Part shown: positions 19,425-29,671 of the stretch, piece after piece
Numbering within the stretch: the first letter of the stretch is position 1
How the letters are laid out: every line of letters begins with the position of its first letter
Source of the DNA: Coleofasciculus sp. B1-GNL1-01
Lineage (GTDB): Bacteria > Cyanobacteriota > Cyanobacteriia > Cyanobacteriales > Coleofasciculaceae
Assembly: GCA_040220235.1 (NCBI GenBank)
Contig: JAVJTO010000063.1
Reading direction: 5' to 3' (one strand)
DNA: 64,000 bases
The notes under the pieces: model-generated
The model's database searches: none
Seen by the model: the letters and a program-made list of their open reading frames with translations, nothing else
Told to the model about the DNA's origin: nothing
Program-made: the position numbers and the translations under genes

Positions 19425-19541
19425 AAGAGGGAATAGGGAACAGAGAATTCTAGTGTTGTATCTGGGTTGGCTACCGCCGTAATAACCCAGTCCGCGTAGG
19501 CGGACTTTGTTTGTGTAGCAGCGATTTTAATCGCCCTAGCT

Positions 19542-20225
19542 TTAGAATTTGGCTAACCGACTCGTGGCGTAAAGATCATGATATTCGGTATAAAACTTGC
19601 CACTTCTAACTTCTCGACGTATAGGTTTACCCGTCCAAATTTCCACAGATACCCAATCGCCACTTTGTTTAAGTTGAAAACCGTCTTCACCTGGAATCAG
19701 GTCATCAAAAATAATTGACCAGTGGGGCGGTGAAATTTCCCAGGCTTGAGGCGGAATAATGCCCTCTTGTTTGCGATTTCGATCATAAATGGGGATAATT
19801 GTTTGAGGATTGAACCTAACTTGCGTCACAATGGGATTAATACAGCGACCTTCACGAATCACAAATTCAAGCACAGCATCCCAGTCATAGATGGGTTGAC
19901 AGTCTCCGACTCCAAACTCATCTTCTGGCACACAGATAGCTCCCATTAACCACGTTAACTTTGATAGAATCCGATTGACACGCGGGCGATCGCACTCTAG
20001 CAGGTTAAGTTCTACAGGGCTAAACTCGCGTAGTCTAGGTGTCCACTTGGGTGTCCATAATTCAAAGGATAAGGTTTCATCGATGGGAACACGGGTCAGA
20101 GTCAAGTTGGGAGTGGCTTGTCGGGGTTGCAATGCTTGGAGGAATTCTGACTGAATAAACTCTGACATCCCTCGGCTTGGCACGCTAAACATAGCAGTTT
20201 GAAACATAGTAGTTGAGTTAAGCAC
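19542..20225 (-). CDS. Hypothetical protein
   Basis: 227-aa Trp/Pro-rich ORF filling the gap; no family recognised. Confidence 0.65.
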   Translation of the reverse strand: MLNSTTMFQTAMFSVPSRGMSEFIQSEFLQALQPRQATPNLTLTRVPIDETLSFELWTPKWTPRLREFSPVELNLLECDRPRVNRILSKLTWLMGAICVPEDEFGVGDCQPIYDWDAVLEFVIREGRCINPIVTQVRFNPQTIIPIYDRNRKQEGIIPPQAWEISPPHWSIIFDDLIPGEDGFQLKQSGDWVSVEIWTGKPIRREVRSGKFYTEYHDLYATSRLAKF

Positions 20226-20414
20226 CTTTGTCTAGACTCAGCGAAAAAAGATAGAACCATCCTGATCAAGGTTATGCTTAAACCTGATCATCCGTTACCC
20301 CTCTAGAGTCTTAATTTGACCTTAATTCTCTATCAGAATTTTAATATCGAAGATTTAGCGACAAGCCTAAGTGATCGATACTTAAACTCATCCGTGATTC
20401 TTTTTGTTTAAAAA

Positions 20415-20430
20415 TGTAATATAAATCACA
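20415..20430. promoter_or_regulatory. Possible CRP-family site
   Basis: TGTAA-N6-TCACA, one mismatch to TGTGA-N6-TCACA, about 190 nt upstream of the 19542-20225 ORF. Confidence 0.35.
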
Positions 20431-20513
20431 GACAAGGGTCATGGGTCATTTTTTATAGCAAAATGCAGAAGGCAAAAGGGGGTTCCTTAAGTTGACACCT
20501 ATGGTTTGACAAA

Positions 20514-20617
20514 TATAGCAACCGCCATAGCGGTTAGGACGCATCATTTGGTAAAGACGCGCCATGGCGCGTCTCTACAATAGTTCGCTTGTCCTAATCG
20601 ATGTGTCTACTGCTATA
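20514..20617. mobile_element. MITE-like family B (TATAGCA...TGCTATA) with a central GACGCGCCATGGCGCGTC palindrome
   Basis: Related copies at 31624-31727 and 43520-43623; the core palindrome alone at about 21283-21310 and 62414-62437. Confidence 0.75.
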
Positions 20618-20781
20618 ACATTTTGCCACAAACCGATAACTGGACTAAACCCGCCCTTAAATCATTCGTGAGGGCATAGGAAATTTTAAATCGTAATATG
20701 TAATTCAGACGGGGTGGGTTTAGTGACAGTTTGGTGGCAAAAAACAATAATGGTGAAACCCACCCCTACAACCGAAAAGAC

Positions 20782-21105
20782 TCAAAGCTCGTTGTCTATC
20801 ATTTCCTGCAACTTTTGCTTACCAATAGCACCTTCGTGGAACTGGGCAACCTCTCCATTTTTAAAGAGTAAGAGTGAGGGGACTCCTTCGACGTGATACT
20901 GTTTCACAGTAATGGGATTTGGATCAACTTCCATCTTAGTCACTTTCAGGCGATCGCTATAATTTTGTGCAATCCAATTCACCGAGGGCGAGACGAGGCG
21001 GCAAGGTCCACACCAATTTGCCCAAAGATACACTAGCACTGGCTTGTCAGCTTTTAAAACTTCGGTTTCAAACTCCTGATCGGTAATCTCAAGTACGTTA
21101 CTCAC
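20782..21105 (-). CDS. Thioredoxin, x-type
   Basis: WCGPC; KMEVDPNP and VEGVP...HEGAI resemble Synechocystis slr1139; GTG 21105 follows a GGAGG RBS. Confidence 0.88.
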   Translation of the reverse strand: MSNVLEITDQEFETEVLKADKPVLVYLWANWCGPCRLVSPSVNWIAQNYSDRLKVTKMEVDPNPITVKQYHVEGVPSLLLFKNGEVAQFHEGAIGKQKLQEMIDNEL

Positions 21106-21332
21106 AACACCCTCCATAAACACAAATGACTACTCTAGCGAGACTCACCGCCTCTCGACAATGGTTAGCCATTGTCAGATGATCAGTCAGTCAGCCCGTT
21201 TTTTCCGGTTCTCTCGATCAGTCTAAGCCTTCAGGCGATCGCAAGAAAACATCCAAGGAAAAGGAAATGTCATGATTATGATCTAGAGACGCGCCATGGC
21301 GCGTCTCTAGGATTGTTGATGATGGCTGATGC

Positions 21333-22112
21333 TTACAAATTGTCGATTTGCTTTCGCAGTTGTTCCAATTCGTCGTCAACTTCGGATTGGGGGGCAGCAC
21401 CCGAGTCTGTTTTCTGCTCCGATGTGCCTTCTAAAGCGGGCTGGGAGACCGAACCACCGGATAACTGGGCTTTCATTGCCGTTAACTCATCATCAACATC
21501 ACTACCCGATTCCAGGGCAGCAAATTGACTTTCTAAGTCAGCACCACCCAACTCATGAGCCGCTTGGGAACGGGCTTCGAGTTCCATCACTTTGTCTTCC
21601 ATCCGCTCAAATGCCCCCATTGCCGAACTGGTTCCCAACCGACCAATGGTGCTTTGTAACTGTTCGTTTGCTTTGGCAGCACTCACCCGTGCCTTAAGCA
21701 TATCTTTCTTGGTCTTCGCCTCAGAAATTTTGCTTTCCAAGGCAACCAGGTTACGCTTCAGGGTGGCTACTTGAGTGGTTTGCTGTTCAAGCTGACCTTT
21801 TAGGGTCGCGGCTGTATCAGCGACGGATTTCTTACGCTGGAGTGCTTCCCGGGCGAGGTTTTCATCCCCTTTTTGCAGGGCAAGTTGGGCGCGTTGCTGC
21901 CAGTTATTGGCTTCGGATTGGTTTTTATTGTATTGTTGCTCGGTACGTTTTTGGGTGGCAATGGATCGGGCAACGGCTTGGCGCAGTTGTACCAGATCTT
22001 CTTGCATGTCAATAATGGCTTGCTCCAGAATTTTTTCTGGGTCTTCAGCCTTGCTAACCATATCGTTAAGATTAGCTCTGACAACTCGGCTCAGGCGATC
22101 GAATAGTCCCAT
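21333..22112 (-). CDS. vipp1: Vipp1/IM30 (PspA family)
   Basis: MGLFDRLSRVVRANLN...AEDPEKILEQ; C-terminal extension EVDDELEQLRKQIDNL. Confidence 0.9.
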   Translation of the reverse strand: MGLFDRLSRVVRANLNDMVSKAEDPEKILEQAIIDMQEDLVQLRQAVARSIATQKRTEQQYNKNQSEANNWQQRAQLALQKGDENLAREALQRKKSVADTAATLKGQLEQQTTQVATLKRNLVALESKISEAKTKKDMLKARVSAAKANEQLQSTIGRLGTSSAMGAFERMEDKVMELEARSQAAHELGGADLESQFAALESGSDVDDELTAMKAQLSGGSVSQPALEGTSEQKTDSGAAPQSEVDDELEQLRKQIDNL

Positions 22113-22390
22113 GACGCTGTTTATCCTCGCGGAATGTACAAACTAAGTATCAAGCAGGCTCTAAGCTTGGGAACCTGCTCAGGGGGTCAATTTTGTGGAA
22201 TAGAGGCTCTCCTGCCTTTTGGAGAAAGCACTGGGTTAATGTAATTGAAACACTCATCAAATTATGGTATTCGGACAGGAGGCTATTTATCTAGTGTAAA
22301 AACTTCCAGCTAAATAGTGCTAGCTCGTCTTCGTTTTTGGTATTGAGGAGACGTTTGACAGATGTCCCATGGCACGTCTGTGGGCATCAA

Positions 22391-23155
22391 CTAGGATTTA
22401 TCCAGATCAGAACGCAGTTTGTCCAGTTCTGCCTCGATCTCCGCATTGCCACCTGATGCGGCTTGAGCGGACGGTAATTGTGCCGATTCCGTTGTGCCAC
22501 CTAGGTTAGCTTTCATCGAGGCTAATTCTGTATCAACGTCATTGCCACTTTCTATGGCATTAAATTTCTTTTCCAGTTCATCGCCACTAGAGAGTTCCGC
22601 GATCGCCTCCGAGCGGGCTTCGAGTTCGTGTACTCTGTCTTCCATACGCTCAAAGGCACTCAAAGTCCCGCCTGTGTTGAGATTTCCTAACATCTCGTTA
22701 ATTTTCTCTGAGGCTTGAGCTGAACGCGCTCTGGCAATGTAAAGGTCTTTTTTCGTTTTTGCCTCCGAGATTTTACTCTCTAGGGTCCGCATATCTTTTT
22801 TAAGTTTAGTAACAATCTCACCTTGCTGCCCCAGTTGCCCCTGGAGAGCTTGAGCCGTTTGCTGATGAGTTTGTCGCCGAGTTAGGGCTTCTCGTGCCAA
22901 ATTATCGTCCCCTTTCGACAGTGCCAGTTGAGCGCGGTTGTACCATTCTTGTGCCGTTGATTCAGCTTGGGAGGCTTGGCGTTCTGTACGTTTTTGGGAC
23001 GCGATCGCTTGGGCGACAGCCTGCCGCATTTGGATTAAATCGTGCTGCATATCGTCTACAGCTTGTTCCAGAATCTTCTCTGGATCTTCGGCTTGTCCAA
23101 TCAGGCTATTCAGGTTGGCGCGAATTACTCGCCAGATGCGATCAATCAATCCCAT
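22391..23155 (-). CDS. pspA: Second PspA/IM30 family protein
   Basis: MGLIDRIWRVIRANLN...AEDPEKILEQ; tandem paralog. Confidence 0.88.
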   Translation of the reverse strand: MGLIDRIWRVIRANLNSLIGQAEDPEKILEQAVDDMQHDLIQMRQAVAQAIASQKRTERQASQAESTAQEWYNRAQLALSKGDDNLAREALTRRQTHQQTAQALQGQLGQQGEIVTKLKKDMRTLESKISEAKTKKDLYIARARSAQASEKINEMLGNLNTGGTLSAFERMEDRVHELEARSEAIAELSSGDELEKKFNAIESGNDVDTELASMKANLGGTTESAQLPSAQAASGGNAEIEAELDKLRSDLDKS

Positions 23156-23280
23156 AGCAGCTCTCCATTGTGGTTAGGGGTGGGGAAAACTTTAACCCTA
23201 TGGTATCTCAGGCTTCTTTGTCTGATGTAAGTAGGTGGACACAATTAAAGTTAACGGTTGAGATTAGGGAACTCTTACAA

Positions 23281-24609
23281 TCATTCAGGTTTATAAATCG
23301 ATGCAGAAAGCCCTTGTTGTTTAAGCCTCTCGACCAGGGTTTTGGCTTCTGACTCTAATTTAAATGCACCCATAGCAATTCTTGTCCCTGCGGGTACGTT
23401 CACTACGTAAGCATCAGGGACAATAGTTTGGGCTGTCTCCAGCACACTACTATCGCTAGAGTTAATCAGCACATAATAGAACTCATCACTCAGATTCGAG
23501 ACGGCGTTGTTGGGATTCAGTTCAGCCGAGGTAGATTTATTCGTTTTTTCTGAGGACTTGTTAGTCGATGATTCGGGTTGAGCGGGTGAGGAATTTGGTG
23601 TCACCGATGGCGTCGCCGTTGGAGGTGGTGGGGTAGGAGGAGTTAAAAGGGCGGATGGTAAATTTGAGGCTGGATTCGGTAACTGGGGTAAAGGTAGCAC
23701 TGAAGCTGTGGGTGGAGCCGCTGCTGGAGGCTGTGAATTGGGAATGGGGGCGATGGGTGCAGCACTTGGACTAGAGGTTGGATTGGCTTTCAGATTAGGG
23801 AGTGTATTGATATTCACGTCTGGGAATTCATCATCACTGGCAAGATTAGGTCGATTTACGCCGAGTAATTCATTTTCCCCATTAGCGGTTGTCGCTGTTG
23901 AATTCTCAGCCGTTGTGGGTATCTCAGTTTCTAAGAAGTCAAGTCCTAGGCTAGTCCGAAAAATATAGGTCAATGTCGCACTCGAAACCAGCAAGAGTAA
24001 AATCGAACCGACACCGAGGGGAGTGAGGATTCTATTCGTTATGGGTTTTTGGGATTCCTTTGGGGTTTCCTGTTCGGCTAACGTTTGCCGTAGTTTTTCT
24101 GAGGATTCTAAGTAGTCTTCTGGCTGAGACTGATCCGTTGTCGGGACAACTAATTTACCGTCCTCTTCTAGGGATTCCTCTAGGCTTGGGAAGTCAGTAA
24201 CGCTTTGCTCCTGAGTCTTCACCAAGGGGGCTTCCTGGCTAGGTAGGGGAGGAAACAGGGGTGGAGTGGGTTCAGTCTCTGGGGATTCCCTCTGTTCTGG
24301 TGTGGGAGAACCACTCACGGGAGAGGATTGCCGATCAATGTCTCCGGGAGAACTCGTAGAATCGGCGGCTGGGGCGATAGAAATAGGAGACGCTGTTGTC
24401 GGCTCAAGCTGATTGACTCCCGGTTTCTGTTTGGGGTAACGTCCCGGCAGTTGGGGAGATGTGATACCACGTCCCCGACGTTGGCGTCGATAGCGGGCTA
24501 ATTCGGCTTCGAGTTGCACGTCTAGGCTACCTAAAGCCGTCTGCAAAGCAGGGTTAATCGACAGAGGGGAGGAAGGAGTTGATGATGTAGCTGAGGTTTT
24601 TTGGCTCAT
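23281..24609 (-). CDS. Pro/Ser-rich single-pass membrane protein with a SPOR-like C-terminus
   Basis: LDVQLEAELARYRR N-terminal motif, one TM, C-terminal VPDAYV...MGAF...LVERLKQQGLSA. Confidence 0.65.
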   Translation of the reverse strand: MSQKTSATSSTPSSPLSINPALQTALGSLDVQLEAELARYRRQRRGRGITSPQLPGRYPKQKPGVNQLEPTTASPISIAPAADSTSSPGDIDRQSSPVSGSPTPEQRESPETEPTPPLFPPLPSQEAPLVKTQEQSVTDFPSLEESLEEDGKLVVPTTDQSQPEDYLESSEKLRQTLAEQETPKESQKPITNRILTPLGVGSILLLLVSSATLTYIFRTSLGLDFLETEIPTTAENSTATTANGENELLGVNRPNLASDDEFPDVNINTLPNLKANPTSSPSAAPIAPIPNSQPPAAAPPTASVLPLPQLPNPASNLPSALLTPPTPPPPTATPSVTPNSSPAQPESSTNKSSEKTNKSTSAELNPNNAVSNLSDEFYYVLINSSDSSVLETAQTIVPDAYVVNVPAGTRIAMGAFKLESEAKTLVERLKQQGLSASIYKPE

Positions 24610-24725
24610 GAAGGGAACTTCCGTTTAATCCGGCAGGGTTGAGTTAGAGGCTCGTTGTGACAACGAAGACAGTCGTTAAGGATGGTGTTGGTTTAAGATA
24701 GCTGTATAGGGAAGCATAAATACTC

Positions 24726-25268
24726 ATGCTGAAATCTCTTAATCATATAGTAGAAGCACTGGATAATCAGCCGTTTTGGCAAGGTCAAAAGCAATTTCAA
24801 CAGATCCGCGACTGTTGGGCTGAGGTTGTGGGTGCAGATAGGGCGCAGCAAACTAGACCCCATTCACTATCCCGGAATATTCTTTATGTTGCCACGTCAA
24901 GTTCGGTTTGGTCTCAAGATCTGAGTTTAAATTGCCGTTCTATTTTGAAACAGCTTAATGCTCGATTGTCCACGCCGATAGAGACTATCCGTTTTTCGCC
25001 CGGATGGTGGTATCAAGAGCAAACCTTACCCCAGGCTGAGGAATCGGAACATCCCAGCCTTGTGGATGAACCGGAGGTCTCATCGTCTGCCGATCCGCCT
25101 GTGGAACCGCCTACACCCCAAACGGCATTTGAACAGTGGGCGGCAAAAATTAAGGCGCGATCGCAGAACTTGCCCCTTTGTCCGCAATGTCATTGTCCCA
25201 CACCGCCAGGAGAACTGAAGCGCTGGCACGTTTGTGGCTTGTGTGCGACCAAGCAGTGGCAAGGTTAG
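24726..25268 (+). CDS. DUF721 (DciA-like) protein with C-terminal Zn finger
   Basis: WAEVVG...LYVATSSSVWSQDL; CPQC...CGLC. Confidence 0.85.
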   Translation: MLKSLNHIVEALDNQPFWQGQKQFQQIRDCWAEVVGADRAQQTRPHSLSRNILYVATSSSVWSQDLSLNCRSILKQLNARLSTPIETIRFSPGWWYQEQTLPQAEESEHPSLVDEPEVSSSADPPVEPPTPQTAFEQWAAKIKARSQNLPLCPQCHCPTPPGELKRWHVCGLCATKQWQG

Positions 25269-25603
25269 TGGATTAGGTGAGAGGTTACCCACCCCTTGAC
25301 CCTGCTTATCAATGCTGGGCAATCAGATTGATTTAACTTATCATTTTCGTTAAAATTTCTCGCTAAAATTTCGTATCTAACTATACATTAGGTTTTCCGT
25401 TAGACTTGATCCCCATTGGGTTTCACCAAAAATTCACCAAGTTTCTGACCAAGCTTAACTGATTGTTTCGTTTCTTTGCGAAAATATGTTCATATATAAA
25501 GCAATTATAAAGAAAATATAAAGTATCAATAGTTTAAGTAAAAAATAATGGAAATTAAGAAGATATAGGCAGCTAATTAAACGTTCATTTTTTAAGACAT
25601 CCA

Positions 25604-25912
25604 ATGAAGACCTTTAAATGCTCAACGTCCGCTTGTCAGTTTTGTCGCTATTACCAACTTGAAGGACGGCGCGGCGGTATGTGTCAGCAACTTGGCGTAC
25701 CCGTTAAAGCCAATTGGAAAGCTTGTTCTTTAGCCCTACCACCCTTTGCGCCCTCGTGGGAAAGTTTTGAGCAAATATGGCTTGATGATCAACGCATGTT
25801 GAGAGAAGATTTAGCTACAACCTGCTCACATAGCCATTCCCAGCCGACACGCTCGACAAAAGTTCAGACATCAAACCCTGAAAACGAGGCAACTAAAGTT
25901 GCTCTTGTGTGA
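25604..25912 (+). CDS. Cys-rich hypothetical protein
   Basis: CQFCRYYQLEGRRGGMCQQLGVPVKANWKAC. Confidence 0.75.
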   Translation: MKTFKCSTSACQFCRYYQLEGRRGGMCQQLGVPVKANWKACSLALPPFAPSWESFEQIWLDDQRMLREDLATTCSHSHSQPTRSTKVQTSNPENEATKVALV

Positions 25913-26185
25913 TTTCCCTTTTATAAGGCTCGGCTAGAGTATCGGTTGATTAGAGGTTACTTACAGCCTTCATCAATTGAACACATTCAGATCAGTAAAG
26001 GCATAAAGCTTACCCTTAAGTTTTATCGTTTTAGTGGATTTCCTTTTAATTAATCTTTGATAACCAAATCTTAATCTTTGAGAAAATTGATGTAGGGGCG
26101 GGTTTCACCGTTATCGTTTCTGACCTTACCTAGATGTGACTAAACCCGCCCCGACCGAGTGAAAGACCTAACGAACAGTGTCAAA

Positions 26186-27019
26186 CTACGGTAACCAAGG
26201 ATATTGACGGAAATCAGGAGGGCGCTTTTCCAGGAAGGCTTGTTTCCCTTCTGACCCCTCCTCCGTCATGTAGTACAGTAATGTGGCATTTCCCGCCAAT
26301 TCTTGCAAACCTGCTTGACCATCACAGTCAGCGTTAAACGCCGCTTTTAAGCAACGGATAGCGATGGGACTTTTTTGTAAAATTTCCCTTGCCCATTGAA
26401 TCCCCTCCGCTTCCAACTGGTCTACAGGGACAACAGTATTCACCAAACCCATATCCAGCGCCTCTTGTGCCGTATACTGGCGGCAGAGGAACCAAATCTC
26501 CCGGGCTTTCTTCTGACCCACGATTCGGGCGAGATAGCTAGCGCCAAACCCGCCATCAAAACTGCCAACTTTTGGACCAGTTTGCCCAAAGATGGCATTA
26601 TCTGCGGCAATGGTTAGGTCACAGATAACGTGCAAGACATGACCGCCGCCAATGGCATACCCGGCAACTAAGGCAATCACGACTTTGGGCATCGAACGAA
26701 TCAGGCGTTGTAAGTCTAAGACATTTAAGCGAGGAACGCCATCATCGCCAACGTATCCTGCCTTATCCCGGACACTTTGATCCCCTCCAGAACAGAAGGC
26801 ATATTTACCATCGGTGTGAGGACCCGCCCCGGTTAATAGGACAACGCCAATTCTCTGGTCTTCGCGGGCGTTACAAAAGGCGTCGTAGAGTTCAAAAACA
26901 GTTTTAGGGCGGAAGGCGTTGCGCTTGTGGGGGCGATTAATGGTGATTTTGGCGATACCGTCGGCTTTGTGATAAAGAATATCCTCGTAGGTTTTGGCGG
27001 TTTGCCAGTCAATTGACAT
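26186..27019 (-). CDS. menB: 1,4-dihydroxy-2-naphthoyl-CoA synthase
   Basis: From Met at 27019: [31 protein letters not shown]; 277 aa, full-length MenB. Confidence 0.95.
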   Translation of the reverse strand: MSIDWQTAKTYEDILYHKADGIAKITINRPHKRNAFRPKTVFELYDAFCNAREDQRIGVVLLTGAGPHTDGKYAFCSGGDQSVRDKAGYVGDDGVPRLNVLDLQRLIRSMPKVVIALVAGYAIGGGHVLHVICDLTIAADNAIFGQTGPKVGSFDGGFGASYLARIVGQKKAREIWFLCRQYTAQEALDMGLVNTVVPVDQLEAEGIQWAREILQKSPIAIRCLKAAFNADCDGQAGLQELAGNATLLYYMTEEGSEGKQAFLEKRPPDFRQYPWLP

Positions 27020-27547
27020 ATCAGTATTTTCCGTTTTCAGTCGCCGCAGTGATTCTTCCAATTGTTGCATCGCCACACTCGCATCGCGTCCATGGGTGCA
27101 GACTTTGGTCATCAGAAAAACTTGATCACGCCGCCCAGCCAGGGCTTTGCCCATCAATTCTTCACTGCGATGGTTATTATATTCCCAGGCATTATCCATA
27201 AACGTGATTCCCGCGTCAACGGCTTCTTGGACAATGCGGATTGCTTCCTCCTGACTCGACGCATGACCCAAATGAGCGCCGCCTAAGCCAATGGCGGAGA
27301 CATCTACACCAGTGCGCCCCAGGGGACGACGGGGGATTTCTCCAGGGTTGAGGCTTGTCATACTATTTATATCTCCTGCAAGGAGCGTTTTTGGGAGCGG
27401 TGCGGCTGCAACAGGTTGGTTGACTGATTGCAAAATTAAGTCAGAGAGAGCAATTCCTGCACCAAGGACACCGCATCGTTTGAGAAACTGTCTGCGCTGG
27501 GGGTTGAGTGGAGAGTGATCACTAACGGCTTTGTCGTTATCGGTCAT
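27020..27547 (-). pseudogene. 5' part of a Tat-signal aldo/keto reductase, fused in frame to menB
   Basis: [42 protein letters not shown], then abruptly ENTD-MenB. Confidence 0.8.
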
Positions 27548-27590
27548 CAACTTTTATCCGTTTACCATACTTTAAGTATGTTCAAAAAGT

Positions 27591-28562
27591 ATGTTCAAAG
27601 ACTCAGTTTTGCTCAACGACTGGCACGTTATTGCGGCGGCTGATAACTTTACTGCGGGTACGGTGCAGTCTATACGGTTGCTGGAACATGATTTAGTGAT
27701 GTGGCATGATGGCGAAGACTTCTCGGTTGGGCAAGATCAATGTCCGCACCGAGGGGCGGCTTTATCACGAGGAGTTGTTCGCTCAGGCAATTTGATCTGT
27801 CCTTATCACGGCTTGGCGTATGACCGAAAGGGAAACTGCATTCGCATTCCTGCTCATCCTCACCTGACACCACCAGCAAGTGCTAGTTTGACGACTTATC
27901 CTATTATTAAACGCTACGGCTTAATTTGGACATCTCTGGGTCAACCCAAGGATACACTTCCTTATTTCCCGGAGTGGGATGACCCCAGTTATCGGAAAAT
28001 TCTCTGCGGTGCATATTATTATCGCGCTAGCGGTTTTCGCGCCTTGGAAAATTTTCTGGATTTGGCTCATTTTCCCTTTGTTCATCAGGGAGTGCTGGGA
28101 GACGAGTGTCAAAGTGCGATCGCGGACTATCATGTCCACTCTACCCCAGATGAAATTATGATTGACAATATCAAAATCTGGCAACCTGATCCTGATGGTA
28201 CAGGTAAAGGTAGTTATGTCACCTATAGTTATCGAATTTTGCGTCCACTAACGGCTCATTTTATCAAAGCATCAACTCAAGGGAACTTGGCTATTTTTTT
28301 TACCGTCACGCCCGTCACGGAAACCGAATGTCTGGGCTGGATGGGGTTAGCGATGAATTATGGGTTTGATGTTCCTGAAGCTGAATTAAAAGCGTTTCAA
28401 GATAAAGTTGTGGCTCAAGATATTCCCATTGTTGAGTCACAACGTCCTCGATTATTACCGTTAGATTTACAAAAGGAATGTCATTTTCCCAGTGATCAAG
28501 CCTCCCTAGCTTACCGTCGCTGGCTGAAACAAAAGGGGGTGACATTTGGCACGATACCGTAG
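27591..28562 (+). CDS. Rieske non-heme iron oxygenase (VanA/SxtT-like)
   Basis: CPHRG...CPYHG; ENFLDLAHFPFVH; QDIPIVE. Confidence 0.88.
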   Translation: MFKDSVLLNDWHVIAAADNFTAGTVQSIRLLEHDLVMWHDGEDFSVGQDQCPHRGAALSRGVVRSGNLICPYHGLAYDRKGNCIRIPAHPHLTPPASASLTTYPIIKRYGLIWTSLGQPKDTLPYFPEWDDPSYRKILCGAYYYRASGFRALENFLDLAHFPFVHQGVLGDECQSAIADYHVHSTPDEIMIDNIKIWQPDPDGTGKGSYVTYSYRILRPLTAHFIKASTQGNLAIFFTVTPVTETECLGWMGLAMNYGFDVPEAELKAFQDKVVAQDIPIVESQRPRLLPLDLQKECHFPSDQASLAYRRWLKQKGVTFGTIP

Positions 28563-28661
28563 GGGCGGGTTTAGGGACTAAATTCCGATATTCACCACTA
28601 ACGGAACAACAAAACCCGCCCTGATTCATAATACATAAGTCCTCCAATCGCTTACCCCTGA

Positions 28662-29645
28662 ATGAAGAACAAAAATTCATCTGTAATACCCCATCCCTCA
28701 TCCTTATTTTTCAGCATTGTTATTCCAACGTATAATCGTCTACCCATTCTACAAAAGTGCCTAAAAGCTTTAGAACACCAACATCTCAGGGACAATACTG
28801 TTGTCGCTGGCTATGAAGTCGTCGTTGTAGATGATGGCTCAACAGATGGTACCCTAGAGTGGCTGGACTCTCATCGTCAGGAACTGTCCAAAGTGCGATC
28901 GCTCTCTCAAGATCACCTGGGTCCAGCCGCCGCCCGAAATCTAGGCGTTGAGCAGGCTAAAGGCGATACAATTATCTTTATTGATAGCGATTTAGTCGTC
29001 ACCGAGAATTTCCTCCAAGCCCATGCGGATGCATTGATACAGGGACAACAGCAATTAGGGAGCGATCGCGTCTTTACTTACGGCTGGGTAATTAATACCA
29101 ACAATTTCGATAATCCCAGTTCGGAACCCTACAAGATAACGGATTTTTCCGCCGCCTATTTTGCTACTGGAAATGTGGCGATCGCGCGGAAGTGGTTGGA
29201 GGAAGCAGGACTCTTTGACACTCGTTTTCAACTCTATGGTTGGGAAGACTTAGAACTGGGTGTTCGCCTCAAACAATTAGGCTTAAAACTGATTAAATGT
29301 CCGGCGGCTGTTGGCTATCATTGGCATCCTCCGTTTAATTTAGACCAAATTCCCCGCATGATTGACCGAGAAATTCAACGGGGACGCATGGGGGTCTTAT
29401 TTTATCAAAAACATCCGACTTGGGATGTGCGAATGATGATTCAGATGACATGGCTGCACCGGATATTGTGGGGGGTTCTTTCTATCGGTGGGAGACTCAA
29501 TGAACGAACTATGGCATCCTTTTTGCAATGGTTGATTAATCGTGGGAAGCCGCAGTTAGCCTTGGAAGTTGCCCGAATTTTCCTGAATTGGTATAACGTG
29601 CAGGGAGTTTATGCGGCTTATGCGGATATGGAACAAAAGCGGTAA
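28662..29645 (+). CDS. Glycosyltransferase family 2
   Basis: SIVIPTYNR, VDDGSTD, FIDSD, YGWEDLELG. Confidence 0.9.
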   Translation: MKNKNSSVIPHPSSLFFSIVIPTYNRLPILQKCLKALEHQHLRDNTVVAGYEVVVVDDGSTDGTLEWLDSHRQELSKVRSLSQDHLGPAAARNLGVEQAKGDTIIFIDSDLVVTENFLQAHADALIQGQQQLGSDRVFTYGWVINTNNFDNPSSEPYKITDFSAAYFATGNVAIARKWLEEAGLFDTRFQLYGWEDLELGVRLKQLGLKLIKCPAAVGYHWHPPFNLDQIPRMIDREIQRGRMGVLFYQKHPTWDVRMMIQMTWLHRILWGVLSIGGRLNERTMASFLQWLINRGKPQLALEVARIFLNWYNVQGVYAAYADMEQKR

Positions 29646-29671
29646 AACAAAAGAAAGAGTGTATTTAACTT

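Noticed and set aside
27591..28562. Saxitoxin biosynthesis cluster
   Set aside because: No sxtA, sxtG or other sxt-like genes in the window
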